Positions 18,570 through 25,198 of a stretch of 48,161 bases of DNA are shown in pieces. Source of the DNA: a bacterium (GTDB lineage: Bacteria > Verrucomicrobiota > Kiritimatiellia > RFP12 > CAIWXQ01); the NCBI GenBank assembly GCA_037144015.1, contig JBAWXQ010000001.1:1-48161 (forward strand), read 5' to 3'. Made by a program: the position numbers and the translations under genes. Each line of letters begins with the position of its first letter. Position 1 is the stretch's first letter. The notes beneath the pieces were generated by a model. That model was not told where the DNA came from, did not search any database, and was given only the letters and a program-made list of their open reading frames with translations.

Positions 18570-18787
18570 AAGTTGATGTCGAGCTGCGTGGTCACCGTGT
18601 TGGCGCCGGCCACGGACTTTTTGTTGTAGACGTCGTAGCCGAGGATCACGGAAACGTTGGGCGTGAAGGCCCAGGCCACGCCGAAGTTGAGCGCGCCCAG
18701 GGCGTTCTTCCCGCCCTGGTAGTCCACGGCCAGCCAGAGACGGTCGTCGATCTCGCTCAGCGTGCGGTCCCAGGAGAGCAGGAACTT
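18566..18787 (-). pseudogene. Remnant of an outer-membrane porin gene (last ~73 codons only)
   Basis: Hand translation: KFLLSWDRTLSEIDDRLWLAVDYQGGKNALGALNFGVAWAFTPNVSVILGYDVYNKKSVAGANTVTTQLDINF-stop. Alternating beta-strand pattern with C-terminal Phe. An in-frame TGA lies at 18790-18788. An SD-ATG at 18791 is in another frame. Confidence 0.5.
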
Positions 18788-18810
18788 TCATTTTGCATCT
18801 CCTTTGGTCA

Positions 18811-18837
18811 TCGCGCTGCGGGGCAGCGCTCCTACAG
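18811..18837 (-). repeat. REP-like R-family unit R1 (TCGCGCTGCGGGGCAGCGCTCCTACAG)
   Basis: Core hairpin GCGCTGC-GGG-GCAGCGC. Same unit as at 29246-29275. Confidence 0.85.
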
Positions 18838-18859
18838 TTGTGAAGGGACAATGATGTGC

Positions 18860-18889
18860 CAACAAAGGTTTTCCGGAACGGAAAACCTA
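18860..18889 (-). terminator. Hairpin terminator candidate for amtB-glnK (AGGTTTTCC-GTTCC-GGAAAACCT, then TTGTTGG)
   Basis: 9-bp stem whose first two nt are the AG of the glnK TAG stop, followed by a U-rich tail. Confidence 0.55.
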
Positions 18890-19228
18890 GCCGATGGCCG
18901 CGCCGCCGGTTTCGCCCGTGCGCACGCGGATGCACTCGCTCATCTCGAGCACAAAGATCTTCCCGTCGCCGATCTCGCCGGTCCTGGCGCCGTTCAGAAT
19001 CGCGTCCACGGCAGCCTTGAGGTAGTCGTCGTTGACGGCGATCTCCAGCTTTACCTTCTTGAGCAGGCTGCCGGCTTCGCAGTGGCTCCGGTAGACCGTG
19101 GCGATCCCTTTCTGTCGGCCGCGCCCCATTACGTTTGACACGGTAACCAGGTGAATTTCCTTCTGCTCAAGCAGGTCCAGCACGTGATCCAGGCGGTCCG
19201 GCTGAATGATCGCAATAACGTACTTCAT
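18887..19228 (-). CDS. glnK: P-II family nitrogen regulatory protein
   Basis: MKYVIAIIQP..., T-loop GRGRQKG, C-terminal TGEIGDGKIFV...IRVRTGE. Immediately downstream of amtB. Confidence 0.9.
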   Translation of the reverse strand: MKYVIAIIQPDRLDHVLDLLEQKEIHLVTVSNVMGRGRQKGIATVYRSHCEAGSLLKKVKLEIAVNDDYLKAAVDAILNGARTGEIGDGKIFVLEMSECIRVRTGETGGAAIG

Positions 19229-19258
19229 GACCATCTCCCTCTTTTTCCACTCGTTTTC

Positions 19259-19284
19259 CGGCGGCGGCCATCCGGCCGCCGCCG
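19259..19284 (-). other. 11-bp GC hairpin in the amtB-glnK spacer (CGGCGGCGGCC-N4-GGCCGCCGCCG)
   Basis: Perfect complementarity checked base by base. Confidence 0.8.
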
Positions 19285-19287
19285 CGA

Positions 19288-19310
19288 AGGATTCGCGGAA
19301 CGCGAATCCT
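19288..19310 (-). other. 10-bp hairpin overlapping the amtB stop codon (AGGATTCGCG-TTC-CGCGAATCCT on the mRNA)
   Basis: The stem starts with the AG of the TAG stop at 19311-19309. Confidence 0.8.
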
Positions 19311-20739
19311 AGTCCAGCATGGTGTATCCGGCTTCCTTGTGCTGCGTCAGGTCGAGGCCGATGCGCTCCTCGTGCTCCGACACGCGCAGCCCGACAAGTT
19401 TGTCAACCAGCTTGAACAGGATAAACGAAACCACGGCGGAGTAGACAACGGTGACGAGCACCGCCTTGACCTGCAGCAGGAACTGGCCCGGGTTGCCGTA
19501 CAGCAGGCCGTCGCAGCCGTTGATGGCCTTGTCGGCGAAAATCCCGGTCGCCAGGGCGCCGAAAATGCCGCCGATGCCGTGCACGCCAAAGGCGTCCAGC
19601 GAGTCGTCATACCCGCATTTGTTCTTGAGGAACGTGACCGCCAGCCAGCAGCAGATCGCCGCGCCCAGCCCGATCCAGATCGCGCTCATGGGCGAGACAA
19701 AGCCGCAGGCCGGTGTGATGGCCACCAGCCCGGACACGGCGCCCGAGATCACCCCCAGCGTGGTCGCGCGGCGGTGGTAGACCCAATCGCACAGCACCCA
19801 GCCCAGGCCGGCGACGGCCGTGGCAATGTGCGTGGTGACAAAGGCGTTACCGGCCAGTCCGTTGGCCGCCAGGGCGCTGCCGGAATTGAAGCCGAACCAG
19901 CCGAACCAGAGCAGCCCGGCGCCCAGTACGGCGAACGGCAGGTTGTGCGGCGGCGAGGATGTGCCCACGCGCTTGCGCAGCAGGACCGCCGATACCAGCG
20001 CCGCAATGCCCGCGTTGATGTGCACCACCGTGCCGCCGGCGAAGTCCAGCGCGCCCGCCCTGGCGTTTCCGGCCGCGTCAAACCGCGACAGGAAGCCCCC
20101 GAGACCCCAGACCCAGTGCGCCACCGGGTCGTACACCAGCGTGGCCCAGAGCACGATGAAGAGGCAGAACGCCGAGAACTTCATCCGCTCGGCAAACGCG
20201 CCGAGGATCAGCGCAGGCGTGATCACCGCGAACATCGCCTGGAAGATCATGAAGACGGAGTGGGGGATCGTTGCGGAGTACCCCGCGAACGGATCGCCGC
20301 CCACATGCCGCAGGAAGGCCCAGTCCAGGTTGCCGATGACCCCTTTCACGTCCGGCCCAAACGCCAGCGTATAGCCGAACAGCGCCCACTGGAGCGTCAC
20401 GAGGCAGATCACGATGAAGCACTGCATGAGGATCGACAGCACGTTCTTTTTGCGGACCAGTCCGCCATAAAAGAACGCCAGGCCGGGCGTCATCAGCAGC
20501 ACCATCGCCGAGGCTGTCAGCACCCAGGCCGTGTCACCCGCGCTGAGGGTGGAAGCCGGAGCCGCCGCTGGCGCGGCAGGCGGGGCAATGACCGGTGATG
20601 TGCCCGCAACTCCGGCAGGTGCCGTTACGGCAGCAGGTGCGGCAGGCGTGGCGTCTGCACCCTGTGCCTGCACCTTTGCAGCAACAAAAAAACAAGCTAG
20701 GAAACCAGCCGCCGTCAGGATTCGGAATCGTGTTCTCAT
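19309..20739 (-). CDS. amtB: Ammonium transporter AmtB with signal peptide and Ala/Pro-rich N-terminal spacer
   Basis: GLAFFYGGLVRKKN, DFAGGTVVHINAGIAAL, GWFGFNSGSAL and DDSLDAFGVHGIGGIFG. Start ATG at 20739 or 20745, after an AAGGGGGG SD. Confidence 0.95.
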   Translation of the reverse strand: MRTRFRILTAAGFLACFFVAAKVQAQGADATPAAPAAVTAPAGVAGTSPVIAPPAAPAAAPASTLSAGDTAWVLTASAMVLLMTPGLAFFYGGLVRKKNVLSILMQCFIVICLVTLQWALFGYTLAFGPDVKGVIGNLDWAFLRHVGGDPFAGYSATIPHSVFMIFQAMFAVITPALILGAFAERMKFSAFCLFIVLWATLVYDPVAHWVWGLGGFLSRFDAAGNARAGALDFAGGTVVHINAGIAALVSAVLLRKRVGTSSPPHNLPFAVLGAGLLWFGWFGFNSGSALAANGLAGNAFVTTHIATAVAGLGWVLCDWVYHRRATTLGVISGAVSGLVAITPACGFVSPMSAIWIGLGAAICCWLAVTFLKNKCGYDDSLDAFGVHGIGGIFGALATGIFADKAINGCDGLLYGNPGQFLLQVKAVLVTVVYSAVVSFILFKLVDKLVGLRVSEHEERIGLDLTQHKEAGYTMLD

Positions 20740-20775
20740 GGACATACCCCCCTTTGTTGTTGTGGCTAGAGGTAT

Positions 20776-20791
20776 CGCAGACCACGTGCCA
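20776..20791 (-). promoter_or_regulatory. Sigma-54-type promoter candidate for amtB-glnK (TGGCACG-N4-CTGCG)
   Basis: The minus strand reads TTGGCACGTGGTCTGCGATA. GG and GC are spaced as in TGGCACG-N4-TTGCW. The GC lies ~32-38 nt upstream of the amtB start codons. Confidence 0.5.
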
Positions 20792-21007
20792 ACCATCCGG
20801 AAGCAGGCAGGCTAAAAATACATAACATGTTGTTCTGCAGTATTTTAAATAAATAATTAAGCTGTTCAAAAAAGACAACCATCAGAATGATTAGTTCTAT
20901 TATCGATGGCCAATTGCTTAAAAATACAAATATGTATCACTATTTACAGCAAACACACAAGCAGTATGTAGGCAGAAAGATTCAAGCCTGCAATATATGC
21001 AGACCAG

Positions 21008-21045
21008 GAGCGAAAACAGAAAGATTTTGCGGCAGCAAAATCTTA
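21008..21045 (-). terminator. Rho-independent terminator of the SorE-like dehydrogenase gene
   Basis: mRNA reads TAA-GATTTTGC-TGCC-GCAAAATCTT-TCTGTTTTCG. 10-bp stem beginning with the AA of the TAA stop, then a U-rich tail. Confidence 0.75.
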
Positions 21046-22320
21046 TGCGTCGGCTTCAAGACGCTTGCCATGCTTCAGCAGATAATGCTCTGCCTCGGTT
21101 GCCCAGAGGCCGTTGTTGCGATTGCAGATCTCGGCCAGCGCGGCAAACAGCGGATCAGTTGTTCCCAGCTTGCCGAAATCGGCAATGGCAGTCATGGGCA
21201 TGGAGAAATGCGTGTAAACCAGCCGCTTGCCGCCGGGGACTTTCGGCAGGTCAAGGGTGGTTTGGGCGGCCGAGTCGATGCCGCCGACGTGTGTGACCAT
21301 GACCGAGGGGTTGATCTTTCCGGCGGCCGAGAGGCGCAGTGCGTCGCGCAGGTCTTCGGTGTTGCCGCCGGACGAGCCGACGACGTGGTGCCCCATGTAG
21401 TGCACGTCGTAGAAATTCATCGCGGCCTTGAAATCCGGCTTGGATGGACCGGCGAAGAAGTTGAGGCACCCGTTGTAGCCCAGCAGCGCCGAGGCCTGCT
21501 CCACCAGCGCGGGCACCGGCGCGAAGACCAGCACATCGTCGAACCCCCTGCCGCCATTGGCTGCCTTGATCGCGGCCACGGGGTCGCTGCTCGCGGCGGT
21601 GTTGACGTACTGCAGGTCGATGCCAGCCGCCCGGGCCACGGCAACCGGGAAGATGGCTGCCGCGCGGTCGAGGCGCGAGGCATCGATGTCCGTGACCACG
21701 AGCCGCGCCGGCCGGTTCTCGCCGTGCAGCGCGAGGTCCACGGCGCTCAGCCCCATGGGGCCGGCGCCAGCCAGGATGACCAGGCTTCCGCCGGATTTCA
21801 GCCCCATCTGGTGCACGTATTCGCCGGGCTTGTAGTGGTAATTGGTCTTGTAAGCGCCGATGATGCAGCAGACCGGCTCGGCCAGCGAGCCCTTGAAGAA
21901 CGCGTCGCCGTCGTAGGTGAGCAGGCAGTCGAGTTCCATGACTTCGCGCGGGATGATGATGCGCGTGGCCTGGCCGCCGATCGAGTGGAAGGAGTACCCG
22001 GGAGCCATGTGCTCTTTGCCGGGGATGTTGAGCTGCGGCTGGATGCTGTACTTCTGGCCCGGCTTGAACTTGCCCGCCGCCTTGCGGCCGACCTGCAGGA
22101 TGCGGCCGCAGAACTCATGGCCGAGGATGATGGGGCGGCGGTCTACGTCCTTGGGTACGCGCTTGTGGTCCGGCCCCTGCGCGGCCGCCTTGTGGTCGGA
22201 CATGCAGATGCTGTTGGAGACGATGTCCGCGAGAATTTCGTCCTCGCCAAGGGCAGGGAGGTCAAACTTCTCCAGACGCAGATCGTTCTTGCCGTACAGG
22301 CGCAGGGCGAGTGTGTTCAT
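21043..22320 (-). CDS. Zinc-dependent MDR-family dehydrogenase, L-sorbose-1-phosphate reductase (SorE)-like (425 aa)
   Basis: NSICMSDHK, ILGHEFCG and Rossmann LAGAGPMGL. Length and layout fit SorE-type polyol-phosphate dehydrogenases. Start at MNTLALRLYG. Confidence 0.75.
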   Translation of the reverse strand: MNTLALRLYGKNDLRLEKFDLPALGEDEILADIVSNSICMSDHKAAAQGPDHKRVPKDVDRRPIILGHEFCGRILQVGRKAAGKFKPGQKYSIQPQLNIPGKEHMAPGYSFHSIGGQATRIIIPREVMELDCLLTYDGDAFFKGSLAEPVCCIIGAYKTNYHYKPGEYVHQMGLKSGGSLVILAGAGPMGLSAVDLALHGENRPARLVVTDIDASRLDRAAAIFPVAVARAAGIDLQYVNTAASSDPVAAIKAANGGRGFDDVLVFAPVPALVEQASALLGYNGCLNFFAGPSKPDFKAAMNFYDVHYMGHHVVGSSGGNTEDLRDALRLSAAGKINPSVMVTHVGGIDSAAQTTLDLPKVPGGKRLVYTHFSMPMTAIADFGKLGTTDPLFAALAEICNRNNGLWATEAEHYLLKHGKRLEADA

Positions 22321-22432
22321 GCTGTGGCTCCGCTTGTGCTTGGAATGGGCGACTGAATGCGGCATTATGGTGTCCCTCGCGATGGGAGACAAGGGCAAAA
22401 CGCGCGGACTGGCGTCCGCCAGGTTGCCCGGG

Positions 22433-22458
22433 CGCTCCGCGCACGGGCCGTGCGCGAG
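22433..22458. repeat. R-like hairpin variant (GCTCCGCGCACGGGCCGTGCGCGAGG)
   Basis: Stem CGCGCAC/GTGCGCG flanked by CTC...GAGG, like the R units. Confidence 0.5.
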
Positions 22459-22526
22459 GCCCGCGCCGGTTCTGCCACGCGCCTGGGCCATCGAACGAAT
22501 AACAGAGGCAATACGGCAAGAACATT

Positions 22527-23339
22527 ATGTACACAATCCTGATCAGTCTTCTCCTGGGCATATCGGTGAGCGCAACCCTCTGGTTCACGCACGCCACACA
22601 GCACCGGGTCTGGGTGGCGGTGTGGGGCCTGCTGGGGGTTATTGCCGGCCAGATTTCGCTCGGGCTGATCCTGCGCCGCAAGATTAAAAAGGCGATGGAC
22701 GCCGTGCAGAATGTGCTCCTGTCGGGGCAGAAGAAGCTGCAGCAGAAGATCAGCCACTGGCAGATGCGGCCGCCGGGAAGCCTCAAGCAGGCGCAGCTCG
22801 AAATGGAGCGCGACCAGCGCGTCTTCATCGAACAGGCGCTGGAAGCCTCGAAAGGGATGGAGAAATTTGTCCGCTGGACGCTGATGCTGGACCGGCAGAT
22901 CGCCACCCTGCGCATGCAGCTTCACTACCAGCTCAAGGAGTATCGCAAGGTGGATGCCCTTCTGCCCAAGTGCATGTTCATGGACCCCATGACCGCGGCC
23001 ATGAAGCTCGCCCGCCTGCATGTGCGCGATGAAAGGACGGAGGCCGCGAAGTTCTTCCACAAGCAGACCCGGCGCCTGCGCTACGGGCAGGGGGCGATCC
23101 TGTACGCGCTCTACGCCTGGATGCTGGTGCAGCGGCAGGAGACGGAAGCCGCGCACAAGCTGCTGGTGCGCGCCTGCGAGAAGATGGAAAACGAGGTCCT
23201 CAAGGCCAACCGCGACCATCTGGCCAACAACCGCCTCAACCAGTTCTCCAATGCCGGCCTGTCCGAGGAATGGTATGCGCTCGGGCTCGAGCAGCCCAAG
23301 GTCAAGATGCAGCGCCAGCGCCACCCGGGGCAGTACTAG
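22527..23339 (+). CDS. Hypothetical membrane protein: two N-terminal TM helices plus a ~200-aa helical domain
   Basis: Clean 270-codon frame with no competing recognisable gene on the opposite strand. TM1 ILISLLLGISVSATLWF and TM2 VWVAVWGLLGVIAGQISLGLIL. No family recognised. Confidence 0.6.
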   Translation: MYTILISLLLGISVSATLWFTHATQHRVWVAVWGLLGVIAGQISLGLILRRKIKKAMDAVQNVLLSGQKKLQQKISHWQMRPPGSLKQAQLEMERDQRVFIEQALEASKGMEKFVRWTLMLDRQIATLRMQLHYQLKEYRKVDALLPKCMFMDPMTAAMKLARLHVRDERTEAAKFFHKQTRRLRYGQGAILYALYAWMLVQRQETEAAHKLLVRACEKMENEVLKANRDHLANNRLNQFSNAGLSEEWYALGLEQPKVKMQRQRHPGQY

Positions 23340-23364
23340 GTTTTCCGAGCCGGAAAGCCTTTGG
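23338..23364 (+). terminator. Stop-codon-embedded hairpin (AGGTTTTCCG-AGC-CGGAAAGCCT, then TTGG)
   Basis: 10-bp stem (one G-U) beginning with the AG of the TAG at 23337-23339. Same family as the glnK hairpin. Confidence 0.45.
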
Positions 23365-23641
23365 AAACTGAGCCGGAGCCATAACCGCCCGAGTATGTTC
23401 TCGAAATCCCCTCCGCCGAAGGGATGCCCGCAGGCCGCGGTGGGTTTGTTTCGAGGACGACGGACGACGGACGAGGACGATCATACGTCACCGAGCTTTC
23501 CACCGTGAGTACTACGGCCGCCCCTTCGCGTGTAAACATGGACAAAAACTATATGAGACGAATGATAACTGGCGCGATAACACGCAGATTTAACGAGCCA
23601 TCTTTTGTTATTTTTGCCAACAAAAACGCTATATTTCAGCA

Positions 23642-23716
23642 TGGCGCGCCTACGGGGAGTCGAACCCCGCTTCTAGGGATGAAAACCCTATGTCCTAACC
23701 GATAGACGATAGGCGC
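23642..23716 (-). tRNA. tRNA-Glu (anticodon TTC), CCA encoded
   Basis: Acceptor GCGCCTA/TAGGCGC, anticodon stem TAGGG/CCCTA with loop TTTTCAT, T-loop TTCGACT. 75 nt. Confidence 0.9.
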
Positions 23717-23729
23717 GGAAAAGGTTCGG

Positions 23730-23758
23730 ATAATAGCCATAACCAACCTTGTAGGCAA
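23730..23758 (-). promoter_or_regulatory. Sigma-70-type promoter candidate for tRNA-Glu (TTGCCT-17 nt-TATTAT)
   Basis: The minus strand reads CTTGCCTACAAGGTTGGTTATGGCTATTATCCG. The -10 ends 13 nt before the tRNA 5' end. Confidence 0.5.
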
Positions 23759-23855
23759 GCGCGGACCACACTCCCTGTTCGACTTGTCGGCTGACAGCCG
23801 CTATAGTTGAGCGCATCGAATTACGGCAAGAAAGTCACCTCCGGGAGCTGTGCGG

Positions 23856-24995
23856 ATGAAACCGATTGTTGTGGCCGGGCATGTCTGTCTCGATATCATC
23901 CCCGCGTTTCCCAAGCTGGCGGCCAGCCTGGACATGCTGCTCGTGCCGGGCAAGCTGGTGGATGTCGGGCCGGCCACGATCTCCACCGGCGGCGCCGTGG
24001 CCAACACCGGCCTGGCGCTCCACCGCCTGGGCTTGCCGGTGCGGCCCGTGGCCAAGGTGGGCGATGACGCCTTCGGCCGCGCGGTGCTGGATGTTTTCCG
24101 TGCTGCGGGCGCGACCACGGATGGCCTGGTGGTCGATCCTGCGGCCTCGACATCCTACACCGTGGTGCTGAGCCCTGCCGGCTGCGACCGCATCTTTCTT
24201 CATTGCCCGAGCGCCAACGACCTGTTCGGCGCGTCGGACCTGAGCGCCGCCGTGCTGTCCGGTGCGTCCCTGCTGCACTTTGGCTATCCGCCGCTCATGC
24301 GCCGCATGTATGCCGATGGTGGCACCGAGCTCCGCGCCTTGCTGCTGCGCGCCAAGGATGCCGGGGTGACGACTTCGCTCGACCTGGCGCTGCCCGACCC
24401 GCAGTCTCCCGCCGGCCGCGCCGACTGGATGGGGATCCTACGCCAGGCCCTGCCGCTGGTGGATCTGTTCGTGCCGAGCCTGGACGAAATCGTCTACATG
24501 CTCGACCGCGGTCGCAGCGACGCCATGCGTCTCCAAACCGCCCGTGGCGTGCCGCTGGGTGGCCTCTCCGTATCCGAAGTGCGGCAGGTGGCCGATCAGG
24601 CGATCGATATGGGCGCGGCCATTGTGCTGCTCAAGCTTGGCGTGGAAGGCGTCTACTTCCAGACGACGCATGATCTGGCGCGCCTGATGGCCTGCGGTGC
24701 AACCGCGCTGGATCCCATGGCTTGGCGCGGTGTTTCCGGGCATGCGCCGTGCTATGATGTGGAAGTCGCCGGCACAACCGGGTCCGGTGATTGCACCATT
24801 GCCGGCTTCCTGGCTGCGATTTGCAAGGGGATGCAGCCGGACGACGCCGCGCGCATGGCCGTTGCCGCAGGCGCCGCGAGCGTGGAACAGCCGGACGCCA
24901 CCAGCGGCGTCCAGCCATGGGATGTGCTGAACGCACGCATGGCCGCCGGGTGGAAGCGGCGCAAGCCGCGCGTCACGTTCTCCCGAGTGGTGTAG
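23856..24995 (+). CDS. PfkB-family carbohydrate kinase
   Basis: VVAGHVCLDIIP, GGAVANTGLAL, and C-terminal anion-hole/catalytic motif GTTGSGDCTIAGFL. GGGAG SD 8 nt before the ATG at 23856. Confidence 0.85.
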   Translation: MKPIVVAGHVCLDIIPAFPKLAASLDMLLVPGKLVDVGPATISTGGAVANTGLALHRLGLPVRPVAKVGDDAFGRAVLDVFRAAGATTDGLVVDPAASTSYTVVLSPAGCDRIFLHCPSANDLFGASDLSAAVLSGASLLHFGYPPLMRRMYADGGTELRALLLRAKDAGVTTSLDLALPDPQSPAGRADWMGILRQALPLVDLFVPSLDEIVYMLDRGRSDAMRLQTARGVPLGGLSVSEVRQVADQAIDMGAAIVLLKLGVEGVYFQTTHDLARLMACGATALDPMAWRGVSGHAPCYDVEVAGTTGSGDCTIAGFLAAICKGMQPDDAARMAVAAGAASVEQPDATSGVQPWDVLNARMAAGWKRRKPRVTFSRVV

Positions 24996-25013
24996 GGGCT
25001 GTCGCCCCGTGAA
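24991..25013 (+). repeat. Small REP-like hairpin (TGTAGGGGCTGTCGCCCCGTGAA) overlapping the kinase stop codon
   Basis: Stem GGGGC/GCCCC. The TAG stop at 24993-24995 lies inside the GTAGG motif. Confidence 0.7.
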
Positions 25014-25024
25014 TATGAGTAGAG

Positions 25025-25198
25025 ATGAAGATCATGATCCCACGCAGTCAGGTGCGCCTTGCCCAGCAGCGCGCACGGCGCACGTTGCAGGAGGCGGGAA
25101 TTGTGCTGACACCGTCGGAAGCTTCGCACATCGAGGCGGCTGATTTTGGCCTCAACGAGCTTGAGCGCACCGGGCTGGAACTCGTCACGTACACCCCC
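25025..25198 (+). pseudogene. N-terminal ~55-codon fragment of a D-lyxose/D-mannose-isomerase-type cupin gene, in frame with mtlD
   Basis: EAGIVLTPSEASHIEAADFGLNELERTGLELVTY matches, from memory, the N-terminus of YdaE-type lyxose isomerases. The metal-binding cupin core is absent. Confidence 0.5.

Noticed and set aside
20887-22356. 489-aa plus-strand ORF starting in the AT-rich island
   Set aside because: Antisense to the SorE-like dehydrogenase. Its N-terminus is translated AT-rich spacer.
23520-23850. Prophage or integrative element at tRNA-Glu
   Set aside because: No integrase, no direct repeat of the tRNA 3' end, and the flanking genes are ordinary metabolic genes. Only an AT-rich flank is present.
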